A stretch of 64,000 nt of DNA from Candidatus Falkowbacteria bacterium RIFOXYC2_FULL_36_12 (GCA_001778235.1 MFGJ01000006.1:98092-162091), one strand, 5' to 3'. Positions 29,323-39,438 are shown, counted from the first letter of the stretch. The notes: generated by a model not told the origin, from the sequence alone. Numbers and translations: made by a program.

Positions 29323-29952
29323 CTAGAGGTGCTCAATGTATTTAGTAAGCTGATCACGCAAAATTTGCTGAATTTGAGTTGGGTCCTTGAATCGCCGACG
29401 AATTTGTGTGCCATTGGTGAATGACAAGACTCCGCTCCAACAGGAGATTTCAAGTGTAAAAAAGATGTTTTGAGCATCTACCAGTGAAATAACAAAGTAT
29501 GGTGTAGTTTCATTGGGATAGAATTGATGATGAATGTCAATACCCCAATCAAGGAATTCTGCCAAAAATTCATTAGTCAGCCATGAATTTATAAAGGCAT
29601 GGCATTCAGCTTTTTGTTTATCTGCATTACGGGTGACAATTTTTTGCAAAGCATGAGATTCGAGGAGGTCCATTGCCTCAAGTGCATCTGAAATATCATT
29701 TACAAAAAAATGAATATATTCTGTGTTAGTAATTCTGACTCTGATTGTTCGGTTGCAATCTTTTTCCCAATTATTAGTTTCTTTTACTGCATAACAGGCG
29801 ATAAGATCAGCGCTGTGGATTTCAATATAGCCAATGAGTTCAAGGTTTAGAAGTTTTTGCACTGAAGCAATGGCAGAATCACGAAATCTTAGTTTTAGCC
29901 AAGTGTTAATCGTGATTGATGCAAGTCGGTGTTCTATTGTGTTTTTGTTCAT
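29323..29952 (-). CDS. Hypothetical protein
   Basis: 209-codon ORF, agga before ATG, TTGACA promoter upstream on the minus strand. Confidence 0.6.
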   Translation of the reverse strand: MNKNTIEHRLASITINTWLKLRFRDSAIASVQKLLNLELIGYIEIHSADLIACYAVKETNNWEKDCNRTIRVRITNTEYIHFFVNDISDALEAMDLLESHALQKIVTRNADKQKAECHAFINSWLTNEFLAEFLDWGIDIHHQFYPNETTPYFVISLVDAQNIFFTLEISCWSGVLSFTNGTQIRRRFKDPTQIQQILRDQLTKYIEHL

Positions 29953-30162
29953 TTTTTGTCCTGTTTTTTGTTGTGAAGGTGCGTTTTTGATTTTAAATAT
30001 TATCATTATGTATAAAATTTGTCAAGTTTATGGAAAATTTAGATTGTTGTTATAATTTTTTTCTCTTTTTATATGGAGAAAACTTTGAGATACAATTCGG
30101 GAAAATGATAGTAATAATAACTATTTTTTATTCCTAGAATTACATTAAAATACCTCAATTCA

Positions 30163-30191
30163 TTGACATTTTGTGTAAAATATGATATAAT
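30163..30191 (+). promoter_or_regulatory. Consensus sigma-70 promoter
   Basis: TTGACA-N17-TATAAT with extended -10 TG. Confidence 0.8.
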
Positions 30192-30250
30192 TAATATTGT
30201 AACTGTTCTTTAACTTGGCGCGTTTCGCGCCATTGCCCAGGAGGGAAATC

Positions 30251-31675
30251 GTGAAGAGCTTCCGAATGGTGTCGCTGATCGTGTTGGTTCTGGTCGTGAC
30301 CGCGGGTGGGGGGCAGAAATGCTCCCCGCCGGTGCCGATGGAGGATACCTGCAACGAGATCGCGTCCGAGTGCAACTCGGACGACGACTGCTGTTCCGGC
30401 TTCTGCTGGACCAGCAGTGAGTTCTTCGGCTCGCAGAAGTCCTGCCAGCCGAACGACAATCTCCACTGCAGTCAGGACACTGACTGCAGGATTGGAGACT
30501 TCTGCGCCGAAGACGGCTTCTGCGTCCAGAACGCAGGACCGTGCGTTAGCGAATGGACGCAGTCGTGCAACATCGGCGGACCCGTCGATTTCACCGAGTG
30601 CGTTCGCGCTCGGAGCGGAGAACTTCACCAGCGGGTCTTCACCTGCAACAGTGGGTTGACCTGCGTGTTCATCTCGCAGGAGCAGGTACAGTGCCAGCCA
30701 GTCGTAGATCACGAGTACACGCAGTGTAGCGATGGCGCTGACTGCGCGGACGGTTCGTTCTTGTGCGAAAATGGTCGGTGCGAACTGGAATGTCGGGACG
30801 ACAGTGACTGTCGGACCGAGGAAGGCTAGTTCTGCTACCGCTTCAGCGGGACCTGTCGGTACTCGGAGAACGGCCACTACTGCAACAGCTCGGACCAGTG
30901 TCCGGGCTACATCACCGAGGCCAACCAGTTCCCGATCAACAACCAGCTCTGTGTGCAGGGGGACTGTAGCACGAGCTACGGTCCCTGCGGTAACTCCAGC
31001 TACCAGATGTGCGATGACGAGAATAATGTCAACATCTGGAGCTGCGTCCAGACCAGCGAAGACGACTGGGTCTGGACGCATAGCATGTGTCCGGATGACA
31101 TGCGCTGTGTGGAATACGCACTCGGTCTTGGCATCTGTCAGTTCCAGGCCCTGCCGGAAAGCAAGATCATGGTTCAGCGCTTGAGTAGCAGTACGATGTT
31201 GATCTACGGCGCGGAGAACACCATGATCAGCTTCAACCTGATCAACTACCCGGTGGACCAGGAGAACAACGGCGAGACCGCTCTCGTGACATCGGTCACT
31301 ATTTCGGTGCTGATGTCGAGCGAAGAGTACAATCGCCTGTTGAATTGCAGCTTGAGGTCCTTGTCGTCGTGGCAGATGCTCGACTTCACGGATATCATCG
31401 AGTTGCGGAACAGAGATGACGGAAGTTCGTTCGCCGTCATCAACTTCTCGCTGACCAACGGCTACATGGTCCCGGCTGGAGTGAGTTCTCCTTTGACTGT
31501 TCAGTGCTTCATCGCGCCGAGCAGCCAGATCTACGAGCCCGAGGCAGTGCAATCCGGGTTCATTCCCAGCCTGGGGACCAGTCCTGGGACCGCGATCGTG
31601 GTCTACGGACGAGAGAGTGGTGAGCGCCTCCTGGTCGAGCCTGACCAGGATGTGTTCAACACCCTGACCAACTGA
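30251..31675 (+). pseudogene. High-GC Cys-rich exported protein interrupted by one in-frame TAG at 30827-30829
   Basis: SD aggaggg + GTG, signal peptide, CxxDxDC repeats; ORFs 30215-30829 and 30953-31675 share a frame and the 41 codons between them are open and Cys-rich. Confidence 0.75.
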
Positions 31676-31857
31676 TCCTTCCTAAGAAGTTCTTTCATCC
31701 CAATTCAGGGACAACAAACCTTAAAACAGGAAAGCTTCCACTCAATGAGTCGGGAGTTTTTCTTTTTGAAATAGTAATATTGAAATATTGTGATAATGAA
31801 ATATTGGGTGATTGTATTGGAATGTTGACAAAACATCTGAACACGACAATAATATAA

Positions 31858-31886
31858 TGAAAGAAAATATTTGGAATTGCGTAATA
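31858..31886 (+). promoter_or_regulatory. Candidate ECF-sigma autoregulatory promoter
   Basis: TGAAAG-N16-CGTA; near-identical motif at 33188-33216. Confidence 0.65.
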
Positions 31887-31897
31887 TATTTATAACT

Positions 31898-32479
31898 ATG
31901 TCTACTAAAATAGTAGAAAAAACTGATGCTGAATTAGTTGAGTTAGCGCTTGAAAACCAAGCGTATTTTTCGGATATTGTTTATAGGTATCAAACAAAAC
32001 TGACTTATTATATCAGGCGATTATCAAATTTTCCTGATGAAGAAATAGAGGATATTTTACAGGATGTTTTTATCAAAGTTTATAAAAATCTGAACGATTT
32101 TGATCAAAGTTTAAAATTTTCTTCATGGATTTATCGTATTACCCATAATGAGGTTATCAGCAAATATAGAAAAATAAAACAACAAAATATTATTTCGATT
32201 GAAATTCTTACTGATGATATTTTGAATAAATTGGAACATGAAGTAAGTATTGTAGAAACATTAGAAAATAATGAAAAAAAGGAAATTATAAAGCAGGTTT
32301 TAGCTCTGATGGATTTAAAATATCGCGAAGTTTTGGTACTAAAATATTTTGAAGAATTGGACTATAAAGAAATTTCCGATGTTTTGAAGAAACCAACTGG
32401 TACGATTGCCACTTTACTTAACAGAGCTAAGAAACAATTTAATAAAACATGCATTGATCTAAACCTAAAATATGAATGA
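31898..32479 (+). CDS. ECF RNA polymerase sigma factor (SigW-like)
   Basis: EDILQDVFIKVY, KFSSWIYRITHN, YKEISDVL..PTGTIATLLNRAK. Confidence 0.93.
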   Translation: MSTKIVEKTDAELVELALENQAYFSDIVYRYQTKLTYYIRRLSNFPDEEIEDILQDVFIKVYKNLNDFDQSLKFSSWIYRITHNEVISKYRKIKQQNIISIEILTDDILNKLEHEVSIVETLENNEKKEIIKQVLALMDLKYREVLVLKYFEELDYKEISDVLKKPTGTIATLLNRAKKQFNKTCIDLNLKYE

Positions 32480-33200
32480 GAACAATTTAGTAGATAAAAT
32501 TTCAGAACAAATCAAGAAAGAAAACATAGAGCCTAAATCAAAGTGGGGTTTTGTTTTCAAGTCTTATTTTTTCTGGGTAATGTTTGCTACGGCCCTATTT
32601 TTCGGAAGCTTGGCTTGTGGAATAATTTTTTTCTTGAGTCAAAATAGTATTGTTCTTGGCGAAGAAAAGATAAAGGTATTGTCACTGGTGATCGGATTTT
32701 GGTTTGTTGCTTTGACTGTTTTGATATATTTATCTTATCTTAATTTTCAGCATACCAAGCATGGATACAAATATAATCAATTGTTAGTTGTTGTTATTTG
32801 TGTTTTTGCAAGTGTAGCGATTGGCTTTGGTCTTTATAGTTATGCTGACATGAGGATTGTTGAGAATTCAATGTATAATAAATTTCCAATGTATCGTCAG
32901 GTTTTTAAACAAGGCTTCAAAAATTCCTTTAAGCCTGATGAAGGAAATTTATTGGGTGTTGTGATGGAAATAGGTGACCAGCAGTTTTTGCTTGATGACA
33001 TTCGTGGACAGGATTGGCAGATATTATTTAAAAATGTCCAGCAATTGAAAAGAGGGGAAAGAGTTCATGTAATTGGACGAGTTTTGGTTAAACCAGCGGA
33101 TAGAATGGGATTTATTATGTTTGAAGCTGATGATGTTTTGCCAATGCTACGAGGACCGATGTTTTGTGTGTCTGAAATGCCATGTTTTGAAAGAAAATAA
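32472..33200 (+). CDS. Membrane protein, probable anti-sigma factor
   Basis: Overlaps the ECF sigma stop; three TMs plus C-terminal soluble domain. Confidence 0.55.
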   Translation: MNENNLVDKISEQIKKENIEPKSKWGFVFKSYFFWVMFATALFFGSLACGIIFFLSQNSIVLGEEKIKVLSLVIGFWFVALTVLIYLSYLNFQHTKHGYKYNQLLVVVICVFASVAIGFGLYSYADMRIVENSMYNKFPMYRQVFKQGFKNSFKPDEGNLLGVVMEIGDQQFLLDDIRGQDWQILFKNVQQLKRGERVHVIGRVLVKPADRMGFIMFEADDVLPMLRGPMFCVSEMPCFERK

Positions 33201-33216
33201 ATCTAGTGGCGTATTA
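33188..33216 (+). promoter_or_regulatory. Candidate ECF-sigma target promoter
   Basis: TGAAAGAAAATA-N9-GCGTATTA, same spacing as 31858-31886. Confidence 0.65.
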
Positions 33217-33325
33217 CTTGATGAGAATTAAATGGCCATTAAATTTGTTAATAAATAAATAGAGTCTATTTGAGAATCAAGTCAAGTCATTGATTTTTCT
33301 TGTTTGCAAGTAGAGTCAAACTAAT

Positions 33326-33997
33326 ATGAAGGAAAATGAAGAAAACAAAAATAAAGAAAAATTAAAAAAAGAGGAAAAGGAATTTAAGACTTATAATTAC
33401 TACTTGGCGGTTGTGATTATTGCTATACTAGTAACTACAATTGGTGTAACTTCATACGCATCAGCTGACGATGGGGAAAGCAATGAAAATAATTATGAAG
33501 GTCCGCGATATAGAATGGAACAAGGGCAGGAAATGAAGTCTGCTCTTGAAAATAATGATTATGACGCTTGGAAGCAAGCGCTTGGTGACAGATTTCCTGC
33601 AGATAAAATCAATGAACAAACATTTAGTAAATTGGTTGAATCATTCAAACTTCGTCAAGCAGGTGATTTTGAGCAGTCAAGAGTAATAATGGAGGAGTTG
33701 GGTATTTCTGGTCCAAAGGGAATGCATGGAGAAAAAAAGTTTAATCTAGAGAACCATCAGGCGATGATGGAGGCACTTGATAAGGCTGATTATGATACTT
33801 GGAAACAATTGATTGTTGACAGTCCAATGGCAGAAAAGATTACAGAGGAAAACTTTGCTAAGTTTGCAGATGCTCATAATCTAATGAAACAAGGAAAATT
33901 TGAAGAAGCTAGACAAATTAGAGAAGATTTGGGTTTACAAAGATCAGGGAATAAGATGATGGAGCGAGTTGGCGGGAAACACCAATTTGTAAAATAA
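33326..33997 (+). CDS. Hypothetical exported helical protein with an internal duplication
   Basis: TM/signal; two copies of ALxxxDYDxWKQ...KIxExxFxK...GxFExxRxIxExLG. Confidence 0.75.
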   Translation: MKENEENKNKEKLKKEEKEFKTYNYYLAVVIIAILVTTIGVTSYASADDGESNENNYEGPRYRMEQGQEMKSALENNDYDAWKQALGDRFPADKINEQTFSKLVESFKLRQAGDFEQSRVIMEELGISGPKGMHGEKKFNLENHQAMMEALDKADYDTWKQLIVDSPMAEKITEENFAKFADAHNLMKQGKFEEARQIREDLGLQRSGNKMMERVGGKHQFVK

Positions 33998-34065
33998 TTC
34001 TTAAGTCAGACATTATAAAACTATTAGCTTTTGGCTAGTAGTTTTTTGATTACAGCAAAGCAAAC

Positions 34066-34105
34066 CCCAGACCTGCCTTCATCAAGATTACGGCAGGCAA
34101 GCCCC
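34066..34105 (+). repeat. ~40-bp REP-like repeat family A, copy 2
   Basis: Identical to 10552-10591. Confidence 0.9.
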
Positions 34106-34237
34106 GAGGCTTGGCATGTTTTGTGATTTGAAGTTTAAAATAGCAGAAATTATGAATACGACTGTTTGCTTGTTTTGTCAAGTTTGAGGGTTTAAATTAA
34201 TGAAGTATAATTAATAGATGAAAAATAATCTAAATTT

Positions 34238-34810
34238 ATGAAAAAAATTGTATTTGACATAGAAACAAAAAATTCATTTGCTGAAGTTGGTAATAATATA
34301 TCAGGTTTTGAAATTTCGGTTGTTGGTTTATATGATTCTGAAAGAGATGTTTATGAGAGTTATTTTGAACAGGATTTTGTTAATCTTTGGCCAATCTTGG
34401 AGCAAGCTGACATGCTAATTGGATTTAATTCCAATAGTTTTGATATTCCGATTTTGAATAAGTACTATTCTGGTGATCTGACCAAAATAAAAAGCTTGGA
34501 TATTTTGCAGGAAATTTATCAAGTAATGGACAAAAGAACCTCACTAGATTCAATTGCCGAGGCAACTTTGGGTGTAAATAAGTCTGGACATGGTCTTCAG
34601 GCGATTGAGTGGTGGAAAAGTCAGGAGTTGGAAAAATTAAAAAATTATTGTCTTGATGATGTAAAAATTACCAAGCAAATTTATGATTTTACGCGAGAGA
34701 ATAACTTTTTGCTTTATACAAAACAAGGAGAAATTAGGAAAGTCCAAATTGATGCAACAAATTGGGAAAAAAAATTAGAGACAAAAATAAACCTCACATT
34801 ACCAATTTAA
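34238..34810 (+). CDS. RNase H-like/DEDD 3'-5' exonuclease-domain protein
   Basis: VFDIET, GFNSNSFDIP, NYCLDDV. Confidence 0.85.
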   Translation: MKKIVFDIETKNSFAEVGNNISGFEISVVGLYDSERDVYESYFEQDFVNLWPILEQADMLIGFNSNSFDIPILNKYYSGDLTKIKSLDILQEIYQVMDKRTSLDSIAEATLGVNKSGHGLQAIEWWKSQELEKLKNYCLDDVKITKQIYDFTRENNFLLYTKQGEIRKVQIDATNWEKKLETKINLTLPI

Positions 34811-34885
34811 ATCTGGTTTATAGATTATAGTTGTTGAATATGATAAAATTAAAATACAAAAAAATGTTTCCAGAATTAGGAAACA

Positions 34886-35440
34886 TTAGATAATACCAAG
34901 TTGAGTCAAGATAAATTCCCAGCCGAAGTAGTTTGGAAGTAAAAATAAGACAAGTAAAAAAATCACTGATAGTTCTGTACCTGGTGGTGCATTATCTGCG
35001 GTCAGAAGTGCAGTAATAAGAAAAACATCAACCATAGTAAGAACCATTCCAAGATAAATTGCTGACGAATTGAGCAAGGCATCAATCAGAGTTGAAGTGA
35101 ATGAGATTTGAAAATTAAAAATGAATGTAAAACAAATGGTAAAGATCAAAATTATTAGTAAGCTGATGAGTAGTTTTGTTGAGAAATAAACATTCAAATA
35201 TTTTGGCTGAAGTTGCCAGGGATCTGTTCTGAAAATTTCATCTGTATGGATGTCTTTAATTTCAGTTGAGTAGGATCCTTGTCCTTTGAGATTTTCAGCT
35301 GTAATTATGAAATATTTTTCTACAAGATTTAGATTGGTGCTGGTAGAAATATAAACCTTTTTGAAGCCAATAATTTTCAATAGAGAGTCTAGAATTTTAA
35401 TAGCAAAATTGAGCACCTTTGACCAACGGGTTGGTTCCAT
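34886..35440 (-). CDS. Hypothetical membrane protein
   Basis: SD gaggag upstream; C-terminal TMs. Confidence 0.6.
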   Translation of the reverse strand: MEPTRWSKVLNFAIKILDSLLKIIGFKKVYISTSTNLNLVEKYFIITAENLKGQGSYSTEIKDIHTDEIFRTDPWQLQPKYLNVYFSTKLLISLLIILIFTICFTFIFNFQISFTSTLIDALLNSSAIYLGMVLTMVDVFLITALLTADNAPPGTELSVIFLLVLFLLPNYFGWEFILTQLGII

Positions 35441-35506
35441 GTGTTCTCCTCTCGGTTACGCGGTGAAAAGAACTTTAATTAATAAAAATAACATATAATA
35501 AAGTTT

Positions 35507-36400
35507 ATGTCAATTAAGAATTATCAACCATTACTAATTTTACCATTTGATCATCGATCAACATTTGCCAAGAACATACTAGGGTTAGAGGGTAAAATAT
35601 CAGCTTCTGATAAGAAAAAGATTAAAATTTTCAAAGCTATTATATATGAAGCATTTGAATCAGTGGTTGAAAATTATGAAAATGAATTGGATCAATTTGG
35701 TATCTTGGTTGATGAGGAATATGGTCAGCCATTGATTCGCCCAGCAAAAAGACTTGGGGTTAAGCTAATAATTCCAGTAGAAAAAAGTGGGCAAGAAGAA
35801 TTTCAGTTCGAGTTCGGGACAGCTTTTGGTACTCATCTAAAAGTTTATCGACCTGATTTTGTAAAAGTCTTAGTCCGTTATAATCCAGCTAATAAACGAA
35901 TAAATCAAAATCAATTAAAAAGATTGAAAAAACTTAGTGATTTTTGTGTTAAAAATGATTTCAAGTTGTTGTTTGAAATGTTGGTAATACCGACTGAAAA
36001 CGATTTGGAAAAAGCTGGTTCAGTTAAGCTATTTGAAACAAAGCTTCGAGCTGATTTGACGGTACAAGCAATCAAAGAAATCAGAAAGCAAGTAACAGTA
36101 GATATTTGGAAGCTTGAAGGATTTACAAAATCTGGCTGGACAAAAGTATTAAAGGCGATTGATAAAAATTCACGAGTAATAGTGCTGGGACGCGGTGAAA
36201 ATGATCAAAATGTCAAAGATTGGCTTCGGTCAGCAAGTTCTTTTCCGCAAATTGTTGGTTTTGCTGTTGGTAGAACAATTTTTTTAAAGGCATTGCAGGA
36301 TTTCAATAAACTAAAAATAAATCGAGAACAAACAATTGATCGGATTGCCAGAAAATTTAGATTTTATGTGAAGTTTTGGAGACGATATAAGGAATTGTAG
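35507..36400 (+). CDS. DUF2090-family class I aldolase-like TIM-barrel protein
   Basis: LPFDHR, GILVDEEYG, KVLVRYNP, DIWKLEG, VLGRG, GFAVGRTIF. Confidence 0.85.
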   Translation: MSIKNYQPLLILPFDHRSTFAKNILGLEGKISASDKKKIKIFKAIIYEAFESVVENYENELDQFGILVDEEYGQPLIRPAKRLGVKLIIPVEKSGQEEFQFEFGTAFGTHLKVYRPDFVKVLVRYNPANKRINQNQLKRLKKLSDFCVKNDFKLLFEMLVIPTENDLEKAGSVKLFETKLRADLTVQAIKEIRKQVTVDIWKLEGFTKSGWTKVLKAIDKNSRVIVLGRGENDQNVKDWLRSASSFPQIVGFAVGRTIFLKALQDFNKLKINREQTIDRIARKFRFYVKFWRRYKEL

Positions 36401-36499
36401 AGAGAAATTCAGTGTATTGACAAAACTGTGAAAATTTGTTAAAGTATGTTTTGTTGTATTGTTTTTTGATTCATGCGCAACCAAGACGGAGGCAAGAAA

Positions 36500-36706
36500 G
36501 TGAAGCCAACAGAAAAATGGGATAATGATTGGAGTCTTGGAAATAATGATGAAGAAATGCCGGATTGGGGTGAGAAATGGCCACCTGAAACTGATACTGG
36601 TTGGTTTCTAAAGGTTCTGTTTGGCTTGAGTCTTTTGATAGTTTTGTTCCTTATTTATGGAATAATTGAGTATCAGTGGTTGAAACACATTTTTTCTACA
36701 CCGTAG
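36500..36706 (+). CDS. Small hypothetical membrane protein
   Basis: SD ggagg + GTG, one TM, TTGACA promoter upstream. Confidence 0.5.
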   Translation: MKPTEKWDNDWSLGNNDEEMPDWGEKWPPETDTGWFLKVLFGLSLLIVLFLIYGIIEYQWLKHIFSTP

Positions 36707-36715
36707 TAGGCAGAG

Positions 36716-36988
36716 ATGGCTGTCAGGAAAATTAGACTTTATGTCAAGATTGAAAGTATGAATTTCAGATTTAAGCTGTTTTTATTTCCATATTTGTTTA
36801 TGCGTTACATTGTCATAGAGGGACAATTCAAAAATTGTATTATTGAAATGCCATTAGTTGGGAATACAATTGAAAGTTGTGAAAGATTCAAAGAACATGT
36901 GATAGAAGTTTGGTATTCGGATAAATCAAAATATTTTTATCTGACTGAAGGTGAAGCCATGACTTTTGAAAGAGATATGTGTCAATAA
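36716..36988 (+). CDS. Hypothetical protein
   Basis: 90-aa ORF in tandem with the preceding ORF. Confidence 0.5.
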   Translation: MAVRKIRLYVKIESMNFRFKLFLFPYLFMRYIVIEGQFKNCIIEMPLVGNTIESCERFKEHVIEVWYSDKSKYFYLTEGEAMTFERDMCQ

Positions 36989-37224
36989 AAAAAATGATTC
37001 ATAATGTGGACCATTTTTTTAATTTAAAAAATAATCAGCGATAGCTGGGATATATGTTTTTAGATGAGTAAATGAAAGTAGTGGTCAACAGTTTAATCTA
37101 AATGTAAGTGATTGATAAAGCTTCGCTTGCTACTTTTTGATGGCAAAAAGTAGCCAAAAACCATTGGGGGCTTTAATTGCTACTTATGAAAACCATTTTA
37201 TATTTTGAACACGGCAAGAAAGCC

Positions 37225-37263
37225 CCCAAACCTGCCTTCATCAAGATTACGGCAGGCAAGCCC
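37225..37263 (+). repeat. ~40-bp REP-like repeat family A, copy 3
   Basis: Core cctgccttcatcaagattacggcaggcaagccc conserved. Confidence 0.9.
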
Positions 37264-37302
37264 GAGGCTAAACATGTTAGGGGGGGGAATGTATGCGTTA
37301 GA

Positions 37303-37410
37303 TGTTATTGTTGTTTATATGTTTAAATTTGTCACTCTGAACTTGCTCGTCATGCACTTAAACTTGTTTATAGTGCATGGTTTCAGAGTATAAAGGGATA
37401 GTTTGATTAT
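37303..37410. repeat. Family B palindrome with nested insert; flanks homologous to ~52250-52353
   Basis: gtcactctgaacttg[ctcgtcatgcacttaaacttgtttatagtgcatgg]tttcagagtataaagggat. Confidence 0.8.
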
Positions 37411-39416
37411 TTTTTATAGAGAAAAATATGATTTTTTCCATTATCGATTGACCAATTTTTATCTGCTTGTGATTTTGCTTGTTCAACTAAAGTCGGAAAA
37501 TTTGTCCAGTAATTATTTAGGACCAGATAAAGCTGATCTGTACCAGCATAATTCATGGCTTCAATGGCAGTTTGTTTGCTCGGAAAATCAAAGACCATTT
37601 GGTTAAAAAATTTATCTAGCTGGTTATCTCGGCCATTTGGCAAAGAATAATAAAATTCATTGTTGTAATAATGACTAAAACCAAATTGTTTGATTGCAGC
37701 AGCACCGACCATTTGATTGGCGAGAACAATATAATTGTCGGAAGAATTATTATTAATGAAATTTACGGTTGAAATATCAGTTTGGGAGAGATTAAAAGCT
37801 TTGTCATTACGATAATTGTCATCAAGCGGATAGCTGAAGTATAGTGAAAGTAAACAGATTAGTGGTATAAGTAAAATGACAAAAGATTGTTCAAATGTGG
37901 ATTTGAAGTTTGAAACTAGATGGTTAAAAAAATAAAATACAAAGGGAAACAGGAAATATAAAGACAGCTCAAGAATTCTTAACTGGAAATCTTTGATGTT
38001 GCTGGTGGTACCGAAATTTAAATCAAAAAATGTGGCTATAATGATAAAGCTTAGTAGAAAGCTGATTGACCAGAAAAGATATTTTTTGTATTGTGAAAAT
38101 TGTTTTGTTTTGATAATAAGTATAAATCCGAGTATTGCCAGTAATAAGAAAATTGTTTTATTAAATGAACCAAAGTAATGAGCAAAATCAAGAGGAAAAT
38201 TGTATTGTTGGATAAATGAATGAAAATCAAACTTTGGCAGATGGAATGTCAGTTTAGCTGGAAGATTGTTGAAAAAAGAATTTAATAAAAATAAAATAGG
38301 ATAGGTTAATATACCGAAAAAAATCATTAAAATTTTTAGGCTTTTTTGTGGTAAAAGTAAGTATAAAGACCAGAGGATGGCTGGCAAACCATAGAAAGGG
38401 TGAATTAATATCATTAGAATTGATAATCCGAGCAAGAAATATTTATTGATTGAAGTATTTAATGATAAAAAGATTATTGTCAGAAACAAAATGTTTGTCA
38501 GTCCTTGAGGTGTGCTAGTAATAAAGAAAGTTATGGGTAATAATAATGTGAGTAGAGTAATTTGACTAATTTTTTTTATGTCTAGTTTTTTACTAAGGCC
38601 AATGAAAATGCAAGCTGGGGTTAAGATCGCAAAAAGAATAGGATTTAGAAACTTGAAAATTTGGTCAATTGAAAGATGAGTAAATTGATTGAGGAAAATT
38701 ACAAAATTGTATTGACCAATATAATAAAAAGGTTTTGGTAAAAGTGTACTGGTTTGAAGAATGTTTTTTATCCCAGCAATATGTAGAAACGGATCAAAAC
38801 CATAGCCAAGTTGATAAACAATAGCAGCTATTGAACTGGTGAGAAACAAATGTAATGAAATGATTAAAAGAGATATTATGGAATTATTGTTTTGTCTAAT
38901 GAATATTGTTAAAATAAAAGTACAAATGAAATATAGTATAAAAAAGAAGGTTGGCAGAACATGCCAAGGGCTGGCGATAGCTTCATTAGTTGAAGCCTGA
39001 AATAAATAGATAAAACTAATAAAAGTCAGAATTAAATATAAGCAAAGGTAATAATTAAATCTTAATTTTGGTAATTTGAAATTTAGGTTTAGGTTGAATT
39101 TTAGTTTTATTTCAAGAACAATTGTCACTAGAAGAAAAATAACTAAATATAAGATGGTTGGTGTTTGCCATAAATAAAATATTGTAGTCAGAATAATAAC
39201 ATTTAATCCTATAATTACTAGACTACCCAAAATTAGTTGAATATATTTAGAGCTATTAGAAAATAGGTATGAGCCAAGCGGTATTGAATAAATCAGGAAA
39301 TATAAAGTAAATAGGGCAATTGCGAGTACGGGATTTTTGATCCACAAAAAATCTGCTACAATGGTTAACAGTAGTAATAGTCGTAAATAAAAATAGGTTT
39401 TGGATTTTAGGCTCAT
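37407..39416 (-). CDS. Large polytopic membrane protein (possibly GT-C-like)
   Basis: 669 aa, many TMs, YGFDPFLH loop motif. Confidence 0.7.
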   Translation of the reverse strand: MSLKSKTYFYLRLLLLLTIVADFLWIKNPVLAIALFTLYFLIYSIPLGSYLFSNSSKYIQLILGSLVIIGLNVIILTTIFYLWQTPTILYLVIFLLVTIVLEIKLKFNLNLNFKLPKLRFNYYLCLYLILTFISFIYLFQASTNEAIASPWHVLPTFFFILYFICTFILTIFIRQNNNSIISLLIISLHLFLTSSIAAIVYQLGYGFDPFLHIAGIKNILQTSTLLPKPFYYIGQYNFVIFLNQFTHLSIDQIFKFLNPILFAILTPACIFIGLSKKLDIKKISQITLLTLLLPITFFITSTPQGLTNILFLTIIFLSLNTSINKYFLLGLSILMILIHPFYGLPAILWSLYLLLPQKSLKILMIFFGILTYPILFLLNSFFNNLPAKLTFHLPKFDFHSFIQQYNFPLDFAHYFGSFNKTIFLLLAILGFILIIKTKQFSQYKKYLFWSISFLLSFIIIATFFDLNFGTTSNIKDFQLRILELSLYFLFPFVFYFFNHLVSNFKSTFEQSFVILLIPLICLLSLYFSYPLDDNYRNDKAFNLSQTDISTVNFINNNSSDNYIVLANQMVGAAAIKQFGFSHYYNNEFYYSLPNGRDNQLDKFFNQMVFDFPSKQTAIEAMNYAGTDQLYLVLNNYWTNFPTLVEQAKSQADKNWSIDNGKNHIFLYKK

Positions 39417-39438
39417 AGTAATATTTTAGCATTTTCTC

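Noticed and set aside
30827..30829. Genome-wide TAG recoding or pyrrolysine
   Set aside because: TAG ends rpoD, GNAT and M20 at the expected positions; no pyl genes or CUA tRNA in the window
30191..31552. 453-aa minus-strand ORF and alternate-frame ORFs at 30306 and 30732
   Set aside because: Shadow ORFs of a high-GC gene; the plus frame has the promoter, SD, signal peptide and Cys pattern
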